Assembly (NCBI GenBank): GCA_965370895.1
Contig: CBDUWJ010000002.1
Coordinates: 1 to 33,570 of the forward strand
Direction of reading: 5' to 3'
Length of the DNA stretch: 33,570 bases
Source: an uncultured Anaerolineae bacterium
Lineage (GTDB): Bacteria; Chloroflexota; Anaerolineae; JAAYZQ01
Shown here: positions 1 through 7,503 of the stretch, in pieces
Layout: every line of letters begins with the position of its first letter
How positions within the stretch are numbered: the first letter of the stretch is position 1
The notes under the pieces: generated by a model
The model's input: the letters and a program-made list of their open reading frames with translations, nothing else
Databases searched by the model: none
Told to the model about the DNA's origin: nothing
Program-made: the position numbers and the translations under genes

Positions 1-1897
1 ACCAGCTGCACCACGGTCGCCCGTGTATCGCCTGTTGATAGACAGCAATGGCCAGATCCAGGTCCCCCTGATTTCGAAAATAGGCGGCCAATGCACTCTC
101 AGCGGTTCTGAAAGCGGGAACGTACGCAACTGCCAGGCCATGCGCCGCGGCCTTGATAGTCTCTGCTCGTGCCCCCGGGGCCTCATCGGCCAGCGCTTTC
201 TTGAGCTCGGCCACGGCCTCTTCTGCCTCTCCAGCAGCAAGATGGAACAAGCCCTCCAGGAGGTGAGGCGAGCTGCCCTTTGGGTCGCTCCTCCAGATGT
301 AGAAACCGCCGATTGTCCTGTCAAGCTGATAGTTCTGCACAATCGCCTCGGCTAACCCAGGAAGCCAAGACAACTGGGATTCTACGATCCGAGCTTGCAT
401 CACAACAAGCTTGGGTTTGTTCTTCACGAAATCCTCCACGAGTTGTTCCTTGGCCCAGGCAACTCTCGGAGTGAAATGAAGCACATCCTCTCTTGTAGCA
501 TTCATCCTGTCGGCAAGAAAATAGAGGTAGGCCCGGCTGAAAGCGTATATGGTGTCCTGCGGATCTGAATGAGTGGTGATATAGTCGATCGTGTCAGTGA
601 GTTCGATCGCATCCACTTGCTCTTGATACACCCCAGCTCTGTGTGAACTGATAGGCACAAATGGGCCGTCAGTCACGGGGAAACCCCCACCCGGGGTCGG
701 CCTGTCCAAGCTATAGCGCACATAGTATGCCGGCAAGACCAACAGGGCCAGAGTGAGCAGGATTGCGGCCACAGAGGCAATCTCCCACCGCTGGGTCCGC
801 TGGACAACAAACTGCCGCATAGCATAATGAGCACGATATATGGCATACCCTGCCAGCAGATAGATCGCTGCGCCGTCCGTCGGCAATCGAAAGGCCCTTG
901 GCTGGATCGCTGCATGCAACATGAAATACAGGCTTGCCAGGACAATTGTGGAGAACAGCCTCCAGTTGTTTGTCGTCTGCCCGATTTTAACCTTCCTAAT
1001 CGCCTGGACCAGGACAAGAAGGGCAAGCGCGCCAAAAATCAGAAAAACGCCATATGAAGAGACGCTCGTAGAGCGCAAAAGGGTGTTTAGCCGAGCGGAG
1101 AAGGTCTGCAACAAGGCTGAGAAGGAAGCTGAGCCTAGGGCATGGCTCATTGCCCAAGTGGTCATCCCCCGGACCAGGTCCGGCACTGCAGACTGCCGCC
1201 AATAGGGAAGAACCATGGGCAATAGGGTCAGGGCCACCACGGACGAGAACACAAGAAGGTCTTTGAGAGTCTCTCGTATTGTCGTCCGCGCTCGCGCAGG
1301 CGAGCCACCCTCCTTTGATCTGAAACCCAGGATGCTGTGCGCGAAAAGGCAGATCAGTACGGTCAAAGCTGCGTAGGCGCCAATGTCCTGTCGAAACCAG
1401 ACCGTGAGGCCAACCACCAGGCCACACAACGCCAACGAGCTCCGATCAAAGCGCCCGACATAGCGGTAGATGACCAACAGGTTCAGTAGGACCAAAAAGT
1501 TGGATGGAGCCCTGTGCCACCGGCCGGGCACGATCACGATGATGAGGACGGGGATCAGGGCAAACAGGGGAGGCATGAGGCGTTTGGCGGCCAGGTACAT
1601 CAGCACAGCGGACAGGGAGAGGACGACTGCCCACAGAAGCCGTTCCACAACCAGGCTTGGCTCGAAAAGCCGGAACAGGAAGGCCACAAGCCAGTAGCGG
1701 CCTGGAGGGTGGGGTTGGTAGAAATCTTTGAGAGGCAGTTGCCCGTGGAGGACCCTCATGGCCCCGCTGACGAGACGCCCTTCGTCGTTGCTTAGGGGAA
1801 CGTACTTGTAGTACGAGATATAGTAGAGTAAGCTCCCCAGCAAGATGGCTGCACAGACCAGCAGAGTGCTGCGGTGTTTCCTCAGCAGCTGGCTCAT
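1..1897 (-). CDS. GT-C-type (GT39/PMT_2-like) polytopic membrane glycosyltransferase with a C-terminal TPR-like soluble domain. It is partial because the 3' end runs off the left window edge.
   Basis: This ORF is absent from the supplied track because it has no stop codon inside the window. The reverse-strand frame is open from the ATG (rc of cat at 1895-1897) down to position 2, which is 632 codons. The translation begins MSQLLRKHRSTLLVCAAILLGSLLYYISYYKYVPLSNDEGRLVSGAMRVLHGQLPLKDFYQPHPPGRYWLVAFLFRLFEPSLVVERLLW. It has many hydrophobic spans. It has an acidic DE motif in the first loop followed by an hPPG...R pattern, as in the two GT39 genes at 19-23 kb. The tail contains YFRNQGDLDLAIAVYQQAI, which is TPR-like. 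An alternative in-frame ATG lies at 2023. Confidence 0.6.
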   Translation of the reverse strand, partial: MSQLLRKHRSTLLVCAAILLGSLLYYISYYKYVPLSNDEGRLVSGAMRVLHGQLPLKDFYQPHPPGRYWLVAFLFRLFEPSLVVERLLWAVVLSLSAVLMYLAAKRLMPPLFALIPVLIIVIVPGRWHRAPSNFLVLLNLLVIYRYVGRFDRSSLALCGLVVGLTVWFRQDIGAYAALTVLICLFAHSILGFRSKEGGSPARARTTIRETLKDLLVFSSVVALTLLPMVLPYWRQSAVPDLVRGMTTWAMSHALGSASFSALLQTFSARLNTLLRSTSVSSYGVFLIFGALALLVLVQAIRKVKIGQTTNNWRLFSTIVLASLYFMLHAAIQPRAFRLPTDGAAIYLLAGYAIYRAHYAMRQFVVQRTQRWEIASVAAILLTLALLVLPAYYVRYSLDRPTPGGGFPVTDGPFVPISSHRAGVYQEQVDAIELTDTIDYITTHSDPQDTIYAFSRAYLYFLADRMNATREDVLHFTPRVAWAKEQLVEDFVKNKPKLVVMQARIVESQLSWLPGLAEAIVQNYQLDRTIGGFYIWRSDPKGSSPHLLEGLFHLAAGEAEEAVAELKKALADEAPGARAETIKAAAHGLAVAYVPAFRTAESALAAYFRNQGDLDLAIAVYQQAIHGRPWCSW

Positions 1898-2152
1898 GCA
1901 GGGGGCCCTGCAGCCGGCACCGCAGGTGCTGCGGGCCCTGCCGGATCGAGGAGGCGCGCGCGCTGCGAGATCCCGCCGCCTGTTGAGGTGGGACCGGAAC
2001 ACGGCCACCCACGGGGTGAACATAGCAGCGCGGCTGTCCAACCTCCAGCGACGTTCGAGGATCTGCTGATTGGGTGTTGTTCGTCCATCCAAGCTCCGGA
2101 ACGGGTGTGATTTGTGCGGATCCTATCCAGGGCGCAACTGGGCACGCCTGTC

Positions 2153-2181
2153 ATTCTAGCACAGGCAGAGAGCTAGTGCAA
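2153..2181 (-). promoter_or_regulatory. Candidate sigma-70-type promoter for the GT-C gene
   Basis: The reverse strand reads TTGCAC, then 17 nt, then TAGAAT, with an extended -10 (TGC immediately upstream of the hexamer). If the ATG at 1897 is the start, the leader would be about 250 nt. If the ATG at 2023 is used, it would be about 125 nt. Confidence 0.3.
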
Positions 2182-2611
2182 GTTTCAAGGCTATGGGCCT
2201 GGGGTCTCGAGGCCGGTTGCGTCGGCAGACCAGGTCGCCATTGAGCGCAGCCACCACCCAACGCGCCACGCCGACGGTGAACAGGGGGAACTCAATGTGC
2301 CATCATGTCCTCATACGAGAATCTGGACGTCGCACTGGACCACCCAGATGTCAAGCCTGACCACAGAGCCGGCCGGGGACCCGCCTGTATCTTTTTTGGA
2401 GGTCAGGCGGTATAGGAGTGGGCGGCTCGTGCCCTTGTTCGGTCTTCACGGGCATCTCTTGACGGTTGCCAAACCTGACGTGGCTGGGGGCCCTGTCTAT
2501 GATCTTGATCTGGTAAGGTGCGCCGCAGTGCGACAGGGCAGCGCCACTTCGTCCCTGACTCCCCCACGACATCCGCCCTTCGCGGGAGGCCTCGGGGGAG
2601 GAGCGAGGAAA

Positions 2612-2930
2612 ATGCGAGCGGAAGCTGATAGGCAGGTTGCGCGCGAATTCCATCACTGCCTGGAGGACATTGTGCCCGTTCTAGACCAGCGCGTGTTCGG
2701 CTCGCTGGCCAGGGGCGATGCTGCCCTGGAGCCGGACCTGGATTTGCTCATCGAGCTGGAAGAGTCTACGCGCCCTGCGCGATCGTATCAGCGAAATCGC
2801 CTGGGAGCTGGGCTTTGAAATGGACCGTGTAGTCTCCACCCTGGTTACCACCCGCGCCGAGTTGGAGCACGGAGCCATGGGGGCCAGGCCCCTCATCCTG
2901 TACGTCCAACGGGAAGGCGTCCGACCATAG
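2612..2930 (+). pseudogene. Frameshifted MNT-type nucleotidyltransferase (NTP_transf_2, antitoxin-like)
   Basis: The ATG at 2612 follows GGGGGAGGAGCGAGGAAA. Frame A gives MRAEADRQVAREFHHCLEDIVPVLDQRVFGSLARGDAALEPDLDLLIELEES, which carries the classic GSxARGDA...DxDLL motif, and then terminates at 2818. The family-typical C-terminal half, LRALRDRISEIAWELGFEMDRVVSTLVTTRAELEHGAMGARPLILYVQREGVRP*, continues in the +1 frame to 2930. This implies a 1-nt indel around 2760-2775. Confidence 0.5.
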
Positions 2931-2985
2931 AGCCCGAACAGCTTGAACCACAGATTCTCCTGGAAGAGCTGATCGCGCTGGCACT

Positions 2986-3340
2986 GATCCGGAAGATGCA
3001 ATCACTCCCGCGCGAGCCCGTATCGAGAGTGCCTGCGAATTTGTCCTGGACGAGGAGCAACTCCCTTGCGGGGACAAGTGGGGCTTGGGCAGACTGTACA
3101 AAGGGACGGCCGAAGGATTGCAGCTATCCCCTGGTGGCTGGAAGGAACAGGTGTTCAACAGATTCTCAGAGGCATGTATTGCACCGCGGTTGGATTGGCA
3201 GAGGTACGCGATGCGTACCGCAAGGGTAAACGGCCCGTGCATGGCATCTGGTTCCTGTCCCTCGCATCCTGGCCGTGAGATTCCGTGCCAGAACACATCT
3301 TCCATTTCACAGAGCTCCGTTGGGTCAGACAATGGAATCA
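2986..3340 (+). pseudogene. Decayed Abi_C-like (abortive-infection C-terminal, HEPN-like) domain remnant with at least two frameshifts and no N-terminal domain
   Basis: Frame 1 gives DPEDAITPARARIESACEFVLDEEQLPCGDKWGLGRLYKGTAEGLQLSPGGWKEQVFN. After a -1 shift near 3157 the sequence continues QILRGMYCTAVGLAEVRDAYRKGKRPVHG. After a further shift it reads PVPRILAVRFRARTHLPF. As recalled from memory, the Abi_C pattern is DPxGAIT.A..LLEs.CK.IL...LGKLYK....L.LSP....EQIFKQILsG....v.GL...RN..GDAHG....RHAeLAVNLAGT. The three pieces match this pattern in order, but only across three reading frames. Confidence 0.35.
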
Positions 3341-3675
3341 GGACCTCGATGGGACCTGCCACCCCATGTGGCGGTAGCCGGCGGATGGAATCAGAGCACT
3401 CGGTTCAGGGTGGCAGGGTTCAGAATCCACTTCTCTTGCGCGAGAGCCAAGCATTCCTGTGCCGGGAACACAACCTCGTTCTCGGGAGACCGAAGTGTCA
3501 GGGTGCAGTAGCAAAGGACCGTAGAAACAACTACCGGACCGACGACCGGCACTGGGTCCCCTCTCAGTGGAAGTGCTACCTGGGGGCGCTACATTCGTTT
3601 TGTCACAGAAAAGGCACCGCTAGAGCAATTGGCGATTCATCTACTGGCACCGCGCCGCCCCGGCCCGCTCCTTCC

Positions 3676-3704
3676 TTGTCTTTGACCGGCTTTTGCAGTA
3701 CAAT
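3676..3704 (+). promoter_or_regulatory. Candidate promoter for the cupin-like/activase operon
   Basis: TTGTCT (3676-3681), then 17 nt, then TACAAT (3699-3704). It lies about 55 nt upstream of the GTG start at 3762. Confidence 0.35.
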
Positions 3705-3761
3705 GCGCAGCATGGGAACCGGGGATCTGTCGATGCATCTCCAGCATCCTGGGAGGGCACC

Positions 3762-4115
3762 GTGCCACTTCACGTCACAGACATCGAGCGATTGAAAACC
3801 AAGGTCCGGAAAATGGCCGCCGGACGAGTGCTGGCCGGCGAGGGGGCCGACGTCTGCCTGGACCTGGCCCGTATGGCCGGCTGCCGCGCACGTATCGCCG
3901 CGGGCTATGGCCCCTTGAGCCCAGCGCCCCAGGCCGCCCCTGGGGATCGGCTGATCTGGATCCTGGACGGCTTTGCCGAGGTTCATGGGGCTTCCGGCGC
4001 CGTCACCCACGTCCGCCAGGGGGAGAGCACGCTCCTGGCCAGCGGGTTGGCCTACCGCCTCGTCTTTCCGCAGTTGAGCCTCTATCTGATCGTGGAACCA
4101 GAGGAGCGGCGCTGA
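3762..4115 (+). CDS. Small cupin-like protein (about 117 aa) of unknown function
   Basis: The GTG at 3762 lies 5 nt after GGGAGG. The C-terminal part, GDRLIWILDGFAEVHGASGAVTHVRQGESTLLASGLAYRL, resembles a cupin beta-barrel core but lacks the metal-binding His residues. The stop TGA overlaps the next ATG (TGATG at 4113-4117), which suggests translational coupling. Confidence 0.4.
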   Translation: MPLHVTDIERLKTKVRKMAAGRVLAGEGADVCLDLARMAGCRARIAAGYGPLSPAPQAAPGDRLIWILDGFAEVHGASGAVTHVRQGESTLLASGLAYRLVFPQLSLYLIVEPEERR

Positions 4116-4870
4116 TGCACGTCGCAGGCCTCGACATCGGTTCGCGGACCATCGCCCTGGTCGAGTGGGATGGCTCCCAGATCATGCGCGCAGTCGTGGT
4201 CGACACCGGCACGGACCCCTTGGGCAACGCCCGGGCATTGCTCGCGGGCAGCGCGTTCGACCGCCTGGTAGCCACAGGCTATGGCCGCAATCTTGCCGCC
4301 GAGCGCGAATTGGCCGGCGAGGTGATCTCCGAGATCAAGGCCTACGGCCTGGGTGCGTTCCACCTCTACTCCGATGTCGGCACCGTGCTGGATATCGGCG
4401 GCCAGGACAGCAAGGTCATCCGCATCGGGTCCGACGGGCGCGTGCTCCGGTTTGAGATGAACGATCGCTGCGCGGCCGGCACGGGCCGCTTTCTTGAGAA
4501 CATGGCCTGTACCCTAGGAATGGGGGTAGCAGAGTTTGGCCCCCATGCCCTCGCAGCAGACGGCCGGGCTGTGCGTATCTCCAGCATGTGCACCGTCTTT
4601 GCCGAGTCGGAGGTGGTGTCCCTCATCGCCCGTGGCGAGAATAGCCAACGCGTCGCTCTGGGACTGCACCAAGCCATCGTGGACCGGGTGGGGGGCATGG
4701 TCCGCCGTGTCGGCGTGCGAGAACGTTTTGTTTTTGCCGGCGGCGTGGCGCACAACCCCTGCCTGCAACGGCTCTTTTCCGAGGCGCTGGAAGTGCCCGT
4801 AACCGTGCCCGACGCCCCGCAGATGGTAGGCGCCTTGGGTGCGGCGCTGCATGCTGCGCGGGACGGATGA
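4115..4870 (+). CDS. BcrAD/BadFG/HgdC-family ATPase (activase of 2-hydroxyacyl-CoA dehydratase / benzoyl-CoA reductase type)
   Basis: The sequence shows an acetate/sugar-kinase-like fold signature: MHVAGLDIGSRTIALV, LDIGGQDSKVI and FAGGVAHNP. The two cluster-bridging Cys contexts typical of this family are also present, NDRCAAGTGRFLE and SSMCTVFAESEV. Confidence 0.88.
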   Translation: MHVAGLDIGSRTIALVEWDGSQIMRAVVVDTGTDPLGNARALLAGSAFDRLVATGYGRNLAAERELAGEVISEIKAYGLGAFHLYSDVGTVLDIGGQDSKVIRIGSDGRVLRFEMNDRCAAGTGRFLENMACTLGMGVAEFGPHALAADGRAVRISSMCTVFAESEVVSLIARGENSQRVALGLHQAIVDRVGGMVRRVGVRERFVFAGGVAHNPCLQRLFSEALEVPVTVPDAPQMVGALGAALHAARDG

Positions 4871-4873
4871 CTG

Positions 4874-5509
4874 ATGACGGATGACGACCGGCGAATGACA
4901 AACCACGGATCACGAATCACGGATCACGAATCACAAAGCGCGCCCCACGGCTTCAAGAAGCGCTTTTACACCCCGCGCGCCTTTGCTCACGACTTGGGTG
5001 ACATCCTGTCCCATATGCCCGAGTTTAGGGACACCGCTCGCAGCGGGCGGGTGAGCAGGTCCTTTGCGGAAAAGATCATGATGGCCGTGACCCAGGTCAA
5101 CGGTTGCCGCTACTGTGCCTACTTTCACACCAAGTTGGCCCTGAGGGAGGGCGTGCCGCCAGATGAGATTGAGAGGTTGCTTGGCCAGGAGATGGGTGAT
5201 TTCCCTGAGGAGGAGGCGGTGGCGCTGGCCTTTGCCCAGCACTGGGCCGAGACGGCCGGCCATCCCGACCCCGAAGCCGAAAGCCGCTTCCGTGCCTATT
5301 ACGGTCCCCAGCTCAGCGCCGACGTTCTCAACTGGATGCGAATGATCAACTTTGGCAACCTGGCGGGCAATACCGTCGATGCCTTTCTCAGCCGGTTGCG
5401 GGGCGCCCCGGCCAAAGGCAGCAACCCACTTGGCGAGTTCCTGATCTTTCTCCTCTGCGCTCCGCTTACGCTGCCGTTGCTGGCCCGGATACGGCGAGCG
5501 CAAGCCTGA
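4874..5509 (+). CDS. Carboxymuconolactone decarboxylase (AhpD-like) family protein
   Basis: The CxxC core VTQVNGCRYCAYFHTKLALREGV is typical of the CMD/AhpD family. A hydrophobic C-terminal segment FLIFLLCAPLTLPLLA is present. An alternative in-frame ATG lies at 4895. Confidence 0.8.
   Translation: MTDDDRRMTNHGSRITDHESQSAPHGFKKRFYTPRAFAHDLGDILSHMPEFRDTARSGRVSRSFAEKIMMAVTQVNGCRYCAYFHTKLALREGVPPDEIERLLGQEMGDFPEEEAVALAFAQHWAETAGHPDPEAESRFRAYYGPQLSADVLNWMRMINFGNLAGNTVDAFLSRLRGAPAKGSNPLGEFLIFLLCAPLTLPLLARIRRAQA
4904..4931. repeat. Perfect 14-nt tandem duplication (CACGGATCACGAAT x2, followed by CAC)
   Basis: Read directly from the sequence: 4904-4917 is identical to 4918-4931. The repeat lies in the first 20 codons of the CMD-family ORF. 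Confidence 0.9.
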
Positions 5510-5521
5510 CGGGAGGCGCTC

Positions 5522-7249
5522 TTGGCAGACTATATGAGGGCTGTTTACGATTTTCGCCGGGCACGCCGTCGGGCTGCGATGGAACAGATCATGGCCCGCC
5601 TGAGGGGCAAGTCGGGGGATCTCCTCTCCTACGAGGAAGTGCGTGGTAAACTCAAGGCCAAGATTAGCAAAGGAACGGAGCTGAGAGAGATTCCCCTCAA
5701 TGCCATCGTTGGCAGTGTGGGGCGCTACTCCGATTTTACGCGCAGCTTCCTGCCGCGGCAGGACAGCGACGAAGAGCGGTGGGCGCGGGTCCAGATAGCT
5801 GTCACGGACCTGGGAGGCCTGCCGCCCATCGAGGTCTATCAGATCGGGGACGCCTATTTCGTGCGCGACGGCAACCACCGTGTGTCGGTAGCCCGGCAGT
5901 TTGAGGCGACACACATCCAGGCCTACGTTACCGAGGTCCGCTCTCGCGTTCCGCTCTCGCCCGATGTCCAGCCGGACGAGCTGATCCTGAAGGCCGGGTA
6001 CGCCCATTTCCTGGAGCGTACCCGGCTCGACGAGATCCGGCCCCAGGCCGACCTGACTCTGACGGTCCCAGGGCGGTATCGGCAACTCATCGAACACATT
6101 GAGGTTCATCGGTACTTCATGGGGCTCCGTCAACAGCGAGAGATCCCGTACAAAGAGGCGGTCGGCCGCTGGTACGATGAGGTCTACCAGCCCGTAGTAC
6201 AGGTGATCCGTGCCCGCGGCATCCTGCGCGATTTCCCTGAGCGGACCGAGACCGACCTCTATCTATGGATCTTGAAGCACCGCGCCGCGCTCGAAGAGGT
6301 CTTGGGCTGGCAGATCGATACCGAAGCCGCCGCCGCCGACCTGGCGGCACAATACAGCCCCCGACCGCGGCGCGTAGTTGCCCGCATGGGCGGCAAGATC
6401 ATGGATGCCGTGACCCCTGACGAGCTGGAGGCTGGTCCTTCGCCGGGACGGTGGCGAGAGGAACGATTGGCAACACGCGCTGATGATCGTCTATTTGCGG
6501 ACATCCTGGTACCCGTGAGTGGCAGAGAGGTCAGCTGGTTTGCCCTGGATCAAGCGCTGGAGATAGCCCGGCGCGAGGGAGGCCAATTGCGGGGCCTCTA
6601 TATTGTGCCCTCCGAAGCCCAGGCTCAGAGCGAGGGGACCATTGCCGTGCAGGCCGAGTTCGACCGCCGCTGTGATGCGGCCTGCATCCCTGGGAGGCTG
6701 GCTATTGAAGTGGGCAAGGTCGCGCGCGGAATATGCGCACGCGCCCGGTGGACCGATCTGGTCGTCGTCAACGTGGCGCACCCGCCGGGGACACAACCGC
6801 GGACTAGGCTAAGTTCGGGATTCCGGACCTTGCTCCGGCGCTGCCCAAGACCGGTGCTGGCCGTGCCGGGGATCGTCTCCCCGCTGAGCCGCGCCTTGCT
6901 GGCCTACGACGGCAGCCCCAAGGCTGAAGAGGCACTTTTTATCGCGGCCTACCTGGCGAGCCGCTGGCAGATCTCCCTGGCCGTCGTCAGCGTGCTGGAG
7001 AACAGCCTCGTCGCGCAGGAGGCGCTGGCACGTGCCCAGGCGTACCTGGAATCGCGCGAGGTGGGCGCCACCTACGTACAAGGGCGTGGGTCGGTCGCTG
7101 AGGTGATCCTGAGTACAGCCGCCGAACAAGATAGCGATCTGCTCCTGATGGGTGGCTATGGGCACAGTCCAGTGGTGGAGGTTGTCCTTGGCAGCGCCGT
7201 GGACCAGGTATTACGCGAGAGCCGTCGGCCGATTCTCATCTGCCGTTAG
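5522..7249 (+). CDS. Multidomain protein with a ParB/Srx-like N-terminal domain, a DUF4032-like middle region and two universal stress protein (UspA) domains
   Basis: The ParB-like core is PPIEVYQIGDAYFVRDGNHRVSVARQ. The middle region IEVHRYFMGLRQQREIPYKEAVGRWYDEVYQPV resembles DUF4032. Two USP modules are present. The first runs ILVPVSGREVSWFALDQALEIARREGGQLRGLYIV...RPVLAV. The second runs ALLAYDGSPKAEEAL...DLLLMGGYGHSPVVEVVLGSAVDQVLRESRRPILICR. The TTG at 5522 lies 5 nt after GGGAGG. An alternative ATG is at 5534. Confidence 0.72.
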   Translation: MADYMRAVYDFRRARRRAAMEQIMARLRGKSGDLLSYEEVRGKLKAKISKGTELREIPLNAIVGSVGRYSDFTRSFLPRQDSDEERWARVQIAVTDLGGLPPIEVYQIGDAYFVRDGNHRVSVARQFEATHIQAYVTEVRSRVPLSPDVQPDELILKAGYAHFLERTRLDEIRPQADLTLTVPGRYRQLIEHIEVHRYFMGLRQQREIPYKEAVGRWYDEVYQPVVQVIRARGILRDFPERTETDLYLWILKHRAALEEVLGWQIDTEAAAADLAAQYSPRPRRVVARMGGKIMDAVTPDELEAGPSPGRWREERLATRADDRLFADILVPVSGREVSWFALDQALEIARREGGQLRGLYIVPSEAQAQSEGTIAVQAEFDRRCDAACIPGRLAIEVGKVARGICARARWTDLVVVNVAHPPGTQPRTRLSSGFRTLLRRCPRPVLAVPGIVSPLSRALLAYDGSPKAEEALFIAAYLASRWQISLAVVSVLENSLVAQEALARAQAYLESREVGATYVQGRGSVAEVILSTAAEQDSDLLLMGGYGHSPVVEVVLGSAVDQVLRESRRPILICR

Positions 7250-7503
7250 CGGATATCTTTGCCGCCTTGGCTTTTCAATGACCTGCCACCACCAACAGCA
7301 GCGAACAGCGGCGACGTGCGAAGCAAACTCTGTGGCACTTGTCTCCGAACCGTCCGAACAGGCCGCGCCTTGGCTGTGGAGATCGCACCAGGCGGCGTCG
7401 CGGACCAGGTGCTGCGCCAAAGCTGTCGAGCTGTGCCGGGCCGCTGGTAGCGCTTTGCCTATCGCCTCGGAGCGGATGGTTTTCCAGAGGGAGGGAACTT
7501 GCG

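Noticed and set aside
1898-2023. An upstream in-frame ATG (2023) for the left-edge GT-C gene, which would add MFTPWVAVFRSHLNRRRDLAARAPPRSGRARSTCGAGCRAPC.
   Set aside because: The extension is Arg/Ala/Pro-rich and low-complexity, whereas MSQLLRKHRSTLLVCAAILLG looks like a normal N-terminus preceding TM1. It is kept only as an alternative because neither ATG has a strong Shine-Dalgarno sequence.
7339-7503. N-terminal extensions of track ORFs. These are cysteine desulfurase from 7339, trxB from 25595, AOR from 28325, the radical SAM gene from 14831 and the cytidylate-kinase-like gene from 9896.
   Set aside because: In each case an internal ATG with a good Shine-Dalgarno sequence gives the canonical family N-terminus. 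The upstream extension is low-complexity or overlaps the neighbouring gene or promoter.
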